From Thermoplasmata archaeon (GTDB taxonomy: Archaea; Thermoplasmatota; Thermoplasmata; RBG-16-68-12; JAFNFQ01), in contig JBGPQV010000011.1 in assembly GCA_041489255.1 (NCBI GenBank), positions 3,528 through 67,527 on the forward strand: a DNA stretch of 64,000 bases, given 5' to 3'. Numbering within the stretch: position 1 is the first letter of the stretch; each line of letters begins with the position of its first letter. The notes under the pieces are model-generated. The model did no database searches, was not told the origin of the DNA, and worked only from the letters and a program-made list of their open reading frames with translations. The translations under genes were made by a program, and so were the position numbers. Below are positions 56,494 to 64,000 of this stretch, in pieces.

Positions 56494-57734
56494 CAGGTCA
56501 CCCTGTAGCGCAGGATCGCCGCCAGTCCGCCGAACGCTCTGACGAGGAGCTCTCCCTCCTCCGATTCCTTGGAGATCATCTCCACCCTCGTGCCCGTCTT
56601 CTCGGCGGTCGCAGTCAGCTCCTCTATCAGGTCGTGCGCCTCCGTGACGCTGAGCTGCGCCTCGCACTTGGGGCACTGGCCAGGACCATGTGCCGAGTCT
56701 ATCGTCTCGGTATTCTCGTATGAGCAGGAGGGGCACTTCAGCTTCGCCCTCGACTTCCTGATCCCCTCGGAGAGCAAGAGCATTTCCACGGCCCCGATGT
56801 CGAGCGCGTGGCGGACATTTGCCTCCCCGTACGCCGCCAGCCCGCCGTCGATCTTCGAGACCTCCAGCATGAGCTTCTGCACGAGGTCCTTCTCCCTCAT
56901 GAGATCCAAGCCCGTCAGGACGCTCCTCGCCCTCTCGACCATCTCCCTCAGGCCGTAGTCGTCCGTGTCGCCGACGTCGATGTAGGTCGGCAGGACCTTC
57001 TTCATGATCTCGTGGTGGACATAGTCGCCCTTGATGAAATATTCCTTCGTGTAGCCCGGGCCTCCGACGAGAACCCCCTTGATCTCCTTGCGGTTGAGGA
57101 AGGCCTCCGTCATCAGGTCCCCGACCTTCTTGTAGAACTCGTGAGCCGCCTGCTCGATGAGCCTCTCGAAACGGCGTGCGCTCTGCCCGCCCATCCTGTG
57201 CTTGCTGGGGACGAGGCTGTGCACGTTCTTGATGACCTCGATCCGCTTCCCCTTCAGCACGCCTAGCGTCGCCTCGGAGCGGTCGATTACCACGAGCCCG
57301 TAGACGTCGTGCTCGATGAGCATGTCGTGCAGGGGCTGTGTGAAGAACTGCGAGTCGCACCTGTAGATGAACGTGGGCACCGGTTCGGGGGGTTCGATGA
57401 CGTACTGCACCATCTCCGTCTGGTCCGCGCCGATCTGCTTGTGGCCGACGAACATCACAAGGCCGTTCGATGGCGGCTGCCTGTAGTACCTGAGGCGGGA
57501 GAGTATGCTCTCAAGGGCGCCTGTCACGTGCTTCCTCGTCGACGCGCTCTTGATGTTGGACGACTGCGCGTGCTCTCCTCGGACATAGTTCGCCACATCG
57601 GAGACCTGCCTCTCCGGCGGTACGTAGAGGGAGACGAGCTCGGTGCCTCTTCCCGAGGCCTTCTCTATCTCCTCGAGCTCTCTCAGGAACTTGTATCTGC
57701 TTAGCGCCACGCTCTCTGGCATTCCCCACCGCAT
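56493..57734 (-). CDS. prf1: Peptide chain release factor aRF1
   Basis: Has the GGQ motif (RMGGQSARRFERL) and NIKS-like SNIKS. The start is MRWGMPESVALSRYKF (57734), or MPESV at 57722. The C-terminal domain has a C4 zinc-ribbon insertion, CPSCSYENTETIDSAHGPGQCPKCEAQL. Confidence 0.85.
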   Translation of the reverse strand: MRWGMPESVALSRYKFLRELEEIEKASGRGTELVSLYVPPERQVSDVANYVRGEHAQSSNIKSASTRKHVTGALESILSRLRYYRQPPSNGLVMFVGHKQIGADQTEMVQYVIEPPEPVPTFIYRCDSQFFTQPLHDMLIEHDVYGLVVIDRSEATLGVLKGKRIEVIKNVHSLVPSKHRMGGQSARRFERLIEQAAHEFYKKVGDLMTEAFLNRKEIKGVLVGGPGYTKEYFIKGDYVHHEIMKKVLPTYIDVGDTDDYGLREMVERARSVLTGLDLMREKDLVQKLMLEVSKIDGGLAAYGEANVRHALDIGAVEMLLLSEGIRKSRAKLKCPSCSYENTETIDSAHGPGQCPKCEAQLSVTEAHDLIEELTATAEKTGTRVEMISKESEEGELLVRAFGGLAAILRYRVT

Positions 57735-57776
57735 CCTTTTTATGCTAAATACATTTTCTGACGGTAGGATTCTGGA

Positions 57777-58463
57777 TTGGCTCGAATTGTGCTGTCGATC
57801 GGCGGCTCCGTCCTCGTACCTGGCGACAAGGACGCCGAGTACATCGCCGACCTGGCGGCGCTGCTGGGGAAGCTCAGCTCCCGCCACAAGATGTTCGTCG
57901 TCACGGGAGGGGGGAAGGTCGCGAGGTACTACATAGAGAACGGGCGGGAACTCGGCATGCCGGAGCCTCAACTGGACGAGCTGGGCATAATCGCGACGAG
58001 GATGAACGCCAGGCTGCTCTGCGGCGCGCTGCACGGACTCTCGAATGCGATTCCGCCTGAGACGGTCGAAGGCGCCGCGTCGATCGAGTCGAAGCACCGC
58101 ATAGTCGTGATGGGCGGGACATCGCCTGGATGGACGACCGATTTCGTCGCCGCGTCCCTCGCCGAGAGCGTCAAGGCGGAAAGGCTCGTGAACGCCACGT
58201 CGGTCGACGGCGTCTACACCGCCGACCCCAAGAAGGACAGGAAGGCGAAGATGCTCTCGAAGATGACCTATGATGAGTTGATCGCGCTCTCCGGATCCGG
58301 GCACCGGAAGGCCGGCCCCTCGGTGGTCTTCGATCCTCAGGCGGCGCGCCTCGTGGCGAAGGCCGGAATCCCCCTGCTCGTCGTGAACGGGAGGGACCTC
58401 GAGGCCCTGCGCAGCTCCATCGAGGGCAAGCGGTTCCACGGAACGACCGTCCAGGAAGTATAG
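57777..58463 (+). CDS. pyrH: Uridylate kinase (archaeal type)
   Basis: The 228-aa protein starts MARIVLSIGGSVL from a TTG start per the ORF track. It has an amino-acid-kinase-fold pattern (VVTGGGKVAR...VVMGGTSPGWTTD). Confidence 0.8.
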   Translation: MARIVLSIGGSVLVPGDKDAEYIADLAALLGKLSSRHKMFVVTGGGKVARYYIENGRELGMPEPQLDELGIIATRMNARLLCGALHGLSNAIPPETVEGAASIESKHRIVVMGGTSPGWTTDFVAASLAESVKAERLVNATSVDGVYTADPKKDRKAKMLSKMTYDELIALSGSGHRKAGPSVVFDPQAARLVAKAGIPLLVVNGRDLEALRSSIEGKRFHGTTVQEV

Positions 58464-58464
58464 A

Positions 58465-58866
58465 ATGAAGATGGAGCGCCTCTATTTCTACCTCGGAATG
58501 CTCAGCCTCGCGCTCGCGATAGTCTTCCTCGCGCTCGGGCTCTTTGGCACTGCGGTCGGCACGCCTGACTCGCTGTTGGCGGGAGGCATCTGCTTCATGG
58601 TCTTCCTCCTGCCCGCCTTCCTTTTCCTGGACTACTGGTCGCGCAGGACCGGCCTGGACAAGCGGCTCAGGATCCTGGCGGACGTGCTGAAGGGCTACCG
58701 CCAGATCTCCATGGAGGACCTTGCGGGCAAGATCGACTGCAGCAAGGAGGACGCCGAGTTCCTCGTGGCGGCCTGCATCGGCCGTGGCTACGTGCGGGGG
58801 CGTATCGACGCGAAGGAGAAGACCTTCATCTCGGAGGAGCCGCCGGAGGAGGCGCAGCCCTCCTGA
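58465..58866 (+). CDS. Hypothetical membrane protein with a C-terminal wHTH-like region
   Basis: A 133-aa protein with two TM helices followed by a soluble region (VLKGYRQISMEDLAGKIDCSKEDAEFLVAACIGRGYVRG). Confidence 0.35.
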   Translation: MKMERLYFYLGMLSLALAIVFLALGLFGTAVGTPDSLLAGGICFMVFLLPAFLFLDYWSRRTGLDKRLRILADVLKGYRQISMEDLAGKIDCSKEDAEFLVAACIGRGYVRGRIDAKEKTFISEEPPEEAQPS

Positions 58867-58875
58867 AAGCTTAAT

Positions 58876-59451
58876 GTGCAGCGCGGGCTATCGCCACGCA
58901 TGCCTTTCAGGGCGTTCATATCGGTCGACCTGGAGCGGTTCAGCTCGCTCAGGTCGCTCGTCCAGGATGTCTCCGCCGCCAGCTCCGCGCTCAACGCCGT
59001 GAACACGGACCAGATGCACCTCACCCTGAAGTTCCTCGGGGACACCGCGGAGAACCTCGTACCCAGCATCGTCTCGATAATGAAGGACAGCGTCCAGGGA
59101 GTCGAGCCGTTCAAGATCCGCCTCGTAGGCACAGGCGCGTTCCCCAACCTGGACTACATGCGGGTCATCTGGGTCGGCCTGGACGACGGCGGGATCCTTG
59201 GGCCGATCGCGAGGAACCTCGACGTGAGCCTCAGCAAGTTCGGTTTCGAGAGGGAGGAGAGGGAGTTCTCCCCGCACGTGACGATCGCGAGGGTGAAGGG
59301 GTCGCAAGGGAAGGAGAAGCTGAAGGCGATACTCAACGAGCACAAGACAGAGGTCTTCGGCGAGCAGCAGGTGAGCGGCATAAGGCTCAAGAAGAGCGTG
59401 CTCATGCCCCAGGGCCCGGACTACTCCACGGTGGAGGAAGTCCGCATCTAG
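58876..59451 (+). CDS. thpR: RNA 2',3'-cyclic phosphodiesterase (2H phosphoesterase, LigT/ThpR)
   Basis: Has two H-x-T/S-x motifs (MHLTLKFLGD and SPHVTIARVK). Length is about 185 aa, and the alternative start MPFRAF is at about 58900. Confidence 0.75.
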   Translation: MQRGLSPRMPFRAFISVDLERFSSLRSLVQDVSAASSALNAVNTDQMHLTLKFLGDTAENLVPSIVSIMKDSVQGVEPFKIRLVGTGAFPNLDYMRVIWVGLDDGGILGPIARNLDVSLSKFGFEREEREFSPHVTIARVKGSQGKEKLKAILNEHKTEVFGEQQVSGIRLKKSVLMPQGPDYSTVEEVRI

Positions 59452-59832
59452 TCATTTCTTGTCAGCGTACAGGATCATCTTGTCCCATTCGACCGTGTGC
59501 TTGAGCCTGTGCTTGGTGAGGGTCCTGCTGATGGTCTCCGCCGCCGTCACGGTCTCGATCGTCTTCGCCCTCGTGTAGATGTAGAACTGCACTCCCTTGG
59601 GCACTATCGGGAAGATCATGCGCATGAATCCCTCGCGGTTGTGGCCCTCCGGCTTCCTGTTCTTCCTCAGGTCCCTCAGGTTCTCCTCGATGAGGACCTC
59701 CACGTTCTCCTTCTCCTCGGGCATCTGGTTGGTCTCCTCGAGGAACTTGATGAACAAGGCGCGGAACACCGGCGCGAGGTCCTTGTAGCGGACCTGCTTG
59801 TCGAAGATGAAGTGGCCGCTTCGGGCTTTCAT
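59452..59832 (-). CDS. Hypothetical protein
   Basis: A basic 126-aa protein with no motif I recognise. Confidence 0.3.
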   Translation of the reverse strand: MKARSGHFIFDKQVRYKDLAPVFRALFIKFLEETNQMPEEKENVEVLIEENLRDLRKNRKPEGHNREGFMRMIFPIVPKGVQFYIYTRAKTIETVTAAETISRTLTKHRLKHTVEWDKMILYADKK

Positions 59833-59874
59833 GAGACGCGGCGCGAATCAGGCAATCCCCTTATATAGCTGCTT

Positions 59875-61236
59875 GTGGCCGCTCGCGGGCGCTGGGTTAG
59901 AGTTATTAGGGGATACAACGTGGGCGACAGCGTGCGAAGCGCTCTGACCGTGGCGGGCAGCGATTCGGGCGGGGGCGCCGGCATACAGGCCGACCTCAAG
60001 TCCTTCGCGGCGGTGGGAGTGCACGGTTGCTCCGTCCTGACCGCAATAACCGCCCAGAACACCAGGGCTGTCGAATCGATATACCCTCTGCCGGTCGCGG
60101 AGATCGAGAAGCAGCTCCACGCCGTGCTCACGGACTTCGACATCGGAGCGGCGAAGACGGGGATGCTCTTTTCGGCCGACATCGTCAAGTCGGTCTCTAT
60201 GCGGCTCGGCAAGTGCGATTTCCCGATAGTCGTCGACCCCGTGATGATCGCGACTGTCGGCGACAAGCTCGAGGGTCGGGGGTTCAAGGACGCAATCATC
60301 AAGCATATGCTCCCGGAGGCCAGACTCGTGACGCCGAACCTGTACGAGGCGGGTCAGCTGGCGGGGATGGATGTGAAATCGGTCGAGGGCATGAGAGCCG
60401 CCGCCAAGAAGATACATCAACTCGGCGCGAGGGCTGTGCTCGTCAAGGGCGGGCACCTCAAGGGGAAGCTCGTCGACCTCCTCTTCGATGGCGGGAAATG
60501 CACCGAGATGACCGGGTTCAGGTACCCCAAGGAGCTCCACGGCAGCGGATGCACCCTGGCCGCGTCGATCACCGCGTACCTCGCAACCGGACTCTCGCTC
60601 CGCGAGGCTGTTAAGGCCGGGAGGGCTCGAGTTGCGGCAGGGTTCCAGACCTCGTACAAGGCGGGGAAGGGCGTCGAGGTCATCAACTCGCACTTCAAGC
60701 CTGACAGGTTCGAGGTCTGGCGGGAGGTCTCACTCGCAGCGGGCGAGCTGGCCGGCATGCTGCCGCTCGATTTCGTACCTGAGGTCGGGGTGAACATCGG
60801 CTACGCCATCGAGGGTGCGGTCAGTGCGGGCGGTGTCTGCGCCCTCACAGGCAGGATATACCGCCTCGGGGACGGCTTGAGGGTTGGCGGGCATGCCGAC
60901 TTCGGCGCCTCGAGGCACATCGCGCGCGTCATCCTGGCGGCCATGGCCTCCGATCCCCGGATGCGTTCTGCGGCGAATCTGAAATACAGGGAGAAGAATC
61001 TCCGCAGGGCGAAAGCGGCGGGCCTGCTGGTCGGCACGTTCGACCGCGGCGAGCAGCCCGAGGGCACGTCCACGATGGAGTGGGGCACGGCGCGCGCGAT
61101 AGAAGACCTCGGCAAGATTCCCGACGCCATCTACGACCTGGGCGACGCGGGCAAGGAGGCGATGATCAGGATAATCGGCAGGAACCCACGCGAAGTGCTC
61201 AGGAAGATTCGCCTCGTCGTCAGAGGTGGCCGATGA
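59875..61236 (+). CDS. thiDN: Bifunctional HMP/HMP-P kinase (ThiD) fused to thiamine-phosphate synthase ThiN
   Basis: The N-terminal ThiD region is ALTVAGSDSGGGAGIQADLK...GAAKTGML...LVKGGH. The C-terminal ThiN region is VNIGYAIEGA...GRIYRLGDGLRVGGHADFGASRH. The start is uncertain. The stop overlaps the next gene's ATG (ATGA). Confidence 0.8.
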   Translation: MAARGRWVRVIRGYNVGDSVRSALTVAGSDSGGGAGIQADLKSFAAVGVHGCSVLTAITAQNTRAVESIYPLPVAEIEKQLHAVLTDFDIGAAKTGMLFSADIVKSVSMRLGKCDFPIVVDPVMIATVGDKLEGRGFKDAIIKHMLPEARLVTPNLYEAGQLAGMDVKSVEGMRAAAKKIHQLGARAVLVKGGHLKGKLVDLLFDGGKCTEMTGFRYPKELHGSGCTLAASITAYLATGLSLREAVKAGRARVAAGFQTSYKAGKGVEVINSHFKPDRFEVWREVSLAAGELAGMLPLDFVPEVGVNIGYAIEGAVSAGGVCALTGRIYRLGDGLRVGGHADFGASRHIARVILAAMASDPRMRSAANLKYREKNLRRAKAAGLLVGTFDRGEQPEGTSTMEWGTARAIEDLGKIPDAIYDLGDAGKEAMIRIIGRNPREVLRKIRLVVRGGR

Positions 61237-62393
61237 AGGTAGCCCTGTTCACAGACACCTACCTCCCGACCGTGGACGGCGTGGTGACTTCCCTCATAGC
61301 CACAAGGCGGCAGCTGGAAACGCTGGGCCACGACGTGTTGGTATTCGCTCCCGGTCCGGGCAAGAACGGCGAGTCGAGGGAAGAAGGGGTCATCTACCTG
61401 CGCGCCAGGGCCTTCAGGTCCTACCCCGGCTACTACATGGCGATGTTCCCCTCCAGGGAGGTCGACCTCGTGAAGCAGCATGGGGTGGACATCATCCACG
61501 GGCATGGCCTTATGTTCATGGGCGTCAAGGGCCTCTGGGCCTCCTGGCAGGCGAAGATCCCGATGGTCCAGTCCGTCCACACGATGGTCGAGGACGCCCT
61601 CGCGTATTATTCGCCGATAAGCCTCAACCCGCACCTCCTCAGGCGGGGGCTGCGGCTCTACCTGAGGGTGTTCCTGCAGAAGTGCAAGAACGTCATCGTT
61701 CCGACGAAGGCCGTCATGGCCGAGATAAGGGCTCTGGCGCCCAGGGCGAGGATATCCGGCGTTGTGCCGACGGGCATCGACCTCTCCAGATTCAACCCTG
61801 AATTGGATGGTAGCGGGGTGAGGGAGAAATGGGGGCTGGACGCGCACGACGTCGTGCTGCATGTGGGGCGTGTCGCCGCCGAGAAGAACCTCAAGCTCAT
61901 CCTCGATGCATTCCCGTCTGTCATGAAGGAGAGGTCGGGCGCGAAGCTGCTCGTGGTCGGCCGCGGGCCGTACCTGCAGCACATCTACAGGCTGTCGAGG
62001 AGGCGGGGCTTGGCCAAGGACGTCCTGTTCGCCGGCTTCGTCAGCGACTTCGAGCTCCCGAAGTACTACGCGGCCTGCGACGCGTTCGCGATAGCGTCCA
62101 AGTTCGAGACGCAGGCGATCGTGGTGCTGGAGGCCATGGCTTGCGGGAAGCCCGTGGCGGGAGCGAACTTCCGCGCGATTCCCGAGTTCGTGCACGATGA
62201 CCAGAACGGCTACCTGTTCGATCCCGATGACAAGGCGGAATGCGCCGAGGCGATTGTCGGCTGCCTTGAGAACGCGCAGAACCTGCGGTACGGTGCCAGG
62301 GCTACTGCGGAGAAGTATTCTATCGAGAAGTGCACAAGACAACTCGTGTCGGTCTACAAAAACGTGATCGACGCCCATGCCGCAAAGGCATGA
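61233..62393 (+). CDS. Glycosyltransferase family 4
   Basis: Starts at MKVALFTDTYLPTVDGV and has a GT4 C-terminal domain (EKNLKLILDAF...LLVVGRGP...FVSDFELPKYYAACDAFAIASKFETQAIVVLEAMACGKPV). Confidence 0.75.
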   Translation: MKVALFTDTYLPTVDGVVTSLIATRRQLETLGHDVLVFAPGPGKNGESREEGVIYLRARAFRSYPGYYMAMFPSREVDLVKQHGVDIIHGHGLMFMGVKGLWASWQAKIPMVQSVHTMVEDALAYYSPISLNPHLLRRGLRLYLRVFLQKCKNVIVPTKAVMAEIRALAPRARISGVVPTGIDLSRFNPELDGSGVREKWGLDAHDVVLHVGRVAAEKNLKLILDAFPSVMKERSGAKLLVVGRGPYLQHIYRLSRRRGLAKDVLFAGFVSDFELPKYYAACDAFAIASKFETQAIVVLEAMACGKPVAGANFRAIPEFVHDDQNGYLFDPDDKAECAEAIVGCLENAQNLRYGARATAEKYSIEKCTRQLVSVYKNVIDAHAAKA

Positions 62394-62432
62394 AGGGCCA
62401 TCCTGCTCCCGCACACCTCCTGAGGATTTCCC

Positions 62433-63599
62433 TCAAGACAGAGCCTTGTACGACTTATCCCAGTCCTTCGCGATGATGCTCCAGTCGAACTTCTCGACCG
62501 CCCTTTTTCTCGAAGCCGCCCCAAGAGCCTTCCTGAGAGCGTCATCGCCCAACAAGAGCAGCAGCGTCTTCTCCAATGCCGCGGGATCCCTAGGTTCAAC
62601 GAGCATCCCGCACTCCTCGGAGACTATCTCCCGGATGCCGCCAACCGCCGTCGCGACTATCGGCTTGCCGCATGCGAGCGCCTCACAGAGCACCACCCCG
62701 AAGGCCTCGTAGAGCGAAGGGAGGGCGAAGATATCTGCGGCATTATAGAAGAGGGGCAGGCGGTCCTCTGGTATGCCTGTCGTGATGACGAAAGAGTCAA
62801 GGATCCCCAGGTCGGACGCCTGCCTGGTCAGCTCCTCCTTGAGCGGCCCCTTGCCAACGATCACGAGGTGGGCATCCCTGAACTCCCTCTTCACGCCCGC
62901 GAACGCCTCGAGGAGGTGCGAGAAGGCTTTCTGGGTGATGAGCCGCCCGTTCGACATGATGATCGGGCCGGAATCGCGGATGCCTAGGCTCTCTCTGACT
63001 CCCGCAGAACCCGCCTCGGGGGAGAAGAGATCCGTGTCAACGCCGTTGTACACCACCGCACATTTCGCGCGCAGGTCTTCGGGGACGGTAGCCTCGAGTG
63101 CCGCGCGGCTCACGCAGTTGATGCGGTCGCACGCGTCGAACATCAGCCGGCCGAACGTGTCGTCGTAGAACCCGCCCCAGAAGTCCACGTCGCGCGCGAT
63201 GCCTGTCGGCCTCGCGTTGTGGATCGTGAGCATGAGCTTCTTGCGGAGCAGCATCTTGACGGAAGCAAGCGTGCCCCACTGGTACCAGAACCTGTTGTGG
63301 ATGTGATAGACGTCCGCGCGGCCGTGAGAGAGGACCAGATGCCAGTTGAGCACGGGCGAGATGGTGAACGGCGGCGGGAGGAAGGAGGGCAGCCTCTCCA
63401 GATAAATCGAGGGAGTCCTGTGGACGCGCAAACCCCTGATGTCCTCGCGCTTGACTCCCCCCGCCGGGGGAATCATCGATGTCAGGACCTCAATCTCATA
63501 GCCGTGGTCCCTGACTAGCCTGCTCCCCACCTCAAGGACGACCTTCTCGGTCCCGCCAAAATAGGGATAGAAGAGGGGATCGAGCATGCAGACCTTCAT
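62433..63599 (-). CDS. Glycosyltransferase family 4
   Basis: Starts at MKVCMLDPLFYPYFGGTEKV and has a GT4 C-domain (DAHLVIVGKGP...ADIFALPSLYEAFGVVLCEALACGKPIVAT). Confidence 0.75.
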   Translation of the reverse strand: MKVCMLDPLFYPYFGGTEKVVLEVGSRLVRDHGYEIEVLTSMIPPAGGVKREDIRGLRVHRTPSIYLERLPSFLPPPFTISPVLNWHLVLSHGRADVYHIHNRFWYQWGTLASVKMLLRKKLMLTIHNARPTGIARDVDFWGGFYDDTFGRLMFDACDRINCVSRAALEATVPEDLRAKCAVVYNGVDTDLFSPEAGSAGVRESLGIRDSGPIIMSNGRLITQKAFSHLLEAFAGVKREFRDAHLVIVGKGPLKEELTRQASDLGILDSFVITTGIPEDRLPLFYNAADIFALPSLYEAFGVVLCEALACGKPIVATAVGGIREIVSEECGMLVEPRDPAALEKTLLLLLGDDALRKALGAASRKRAVEKFDWSIIAKDWDKSYKALS

Positions 63600-63686
63600 G
63601 TCATTCACCTTGCCCGAGGGGTCGCATCATGCGGAGGCTCAGATTGTATTCTTGCGGCAACTCGGCTGCGACATCGGCCGGCGGAG

Positions 63687-64000
63687 TTAATTCTTTTGTG
63701 CGGGAGGAGGCTTGCCCAATATCCGCTTCCTTCGAATCATCGCGGCCGCCACGCTCAACGCGACAATCACGACGACCGCCGCCAGGGTCAGCCATTGCGC
63801 CAGCTGTGGGTCGTACTCGACGCTGAGCCAGCCGACGAGCGCGAGCAGCAGCGAGTACTTCACCAGGGAACCGACGACGATGTAGAGGAACGACCTCTTC
63901 ACCCGCCAGTTGCACACCGCGATGAACACTCCGAGGAAGGGGACCGCCGGTGCGAACCTGTTGACGAGAATCACCCTCTCGCCCCGGACGATGAGTAACT
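63687..64000 (-). CDS. DedA/VTT-domain membrane protein (partial, N-terminus beyond the window end)
   Basis: VNRFAPAVPFLGVFIAVCNWRVKRSFLYIVVGSLVKYSLLLALVGWL matches the DedA C-terminal motif (RF.P..R......AG...M....F.......G...W). The frame stays open to position 64000. Confidence 0.5.
   Translation of the reverse strand, partial: LLIVRGERVILVNRFAPAVPFLGVFIAVCNWRVKRSFLYIVVGSLVKYSLLLALVGWLSVEYDPQLAQWLTLAAVVVIVALSVAAAMIRRKRILGKPPPAQKN

Noticed and set aside
54775-57360. 861-aa ORF presented as a single gene
   Set aside because: The N-terminal 289 aa are Arg/Gly-rich junk on the antisense of the aRF1 gene. Genuine ArgRS begins at MTADPWGAV (56493), overlapping the aRF1 stop.

Overview
This is a GC-rich (about 60% by eye) archaeal chromosomal window. 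The archaeal assignment rests on aRF1, the ThiDN fusion, a ThiN-domain regulator, an archaeal-type tRNA-Thr and TATA-box promoters. It is densely coded on both strands, and many ORF-track entries are high-GC antisense artefacts. Housekeeping genes occupy 0-28 kb and 49-64 kb. They include HIT, GMP synthase subunit B, pgk, purM, lipA, a 2-oxoacid dehydrogenase E1-alpha, rlmE, pcm, argS, prf1, pyrH, thiDN and a tRNA-Thr(CGU). The centre, roughly 28.8-48.4 kb, is an accessory surface-glycoprotein and glycosylation island. It carries gmd, SAM and FkbM methyltransferases, GT4 glycosyltransferases and an rmlD-like reductase. Three tandem giant surface-protein paralogs (1121, about 1180 and 1031 aa) share a repeated N-terminal beta-propeller-like module (YKMWY...RIFYATSxDGxxWT...LGPPGSxDD) and carry divergent C-terminal PKD, CARDB and Ig-like arrays. 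Two small paralogous membrane proteins sit behind a conserved upstream element, and one of them has a frameshift relative to the other. The island also holds an intact IS481-like insertion sequence (TGT...ACA ends, 29-bp imperfect inverted repeats, 16-bp flanking direct repeat). Nearby are a 5' fragment of the rmlD-like gene, a truncated second IS copy, and a putative wHTH/RelE-ParE-like toxin-antitoxin pair. A fourth giant protein (51177..54746) is very rich in N-x-S/T sequons and looks like an S-layer glycoprotein. Other points of interest are an uncharacterised hydrolase/flavoprotein/radical-SAM operon, a ThiR-NCS1 divergent pair, and an aRF1 with a C4 zinc-ribbon insertion whose stop overlaps the argS start. 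Internal start coordinates were derived by hand and may be off by 1-3 nt. No function was checked by database search.
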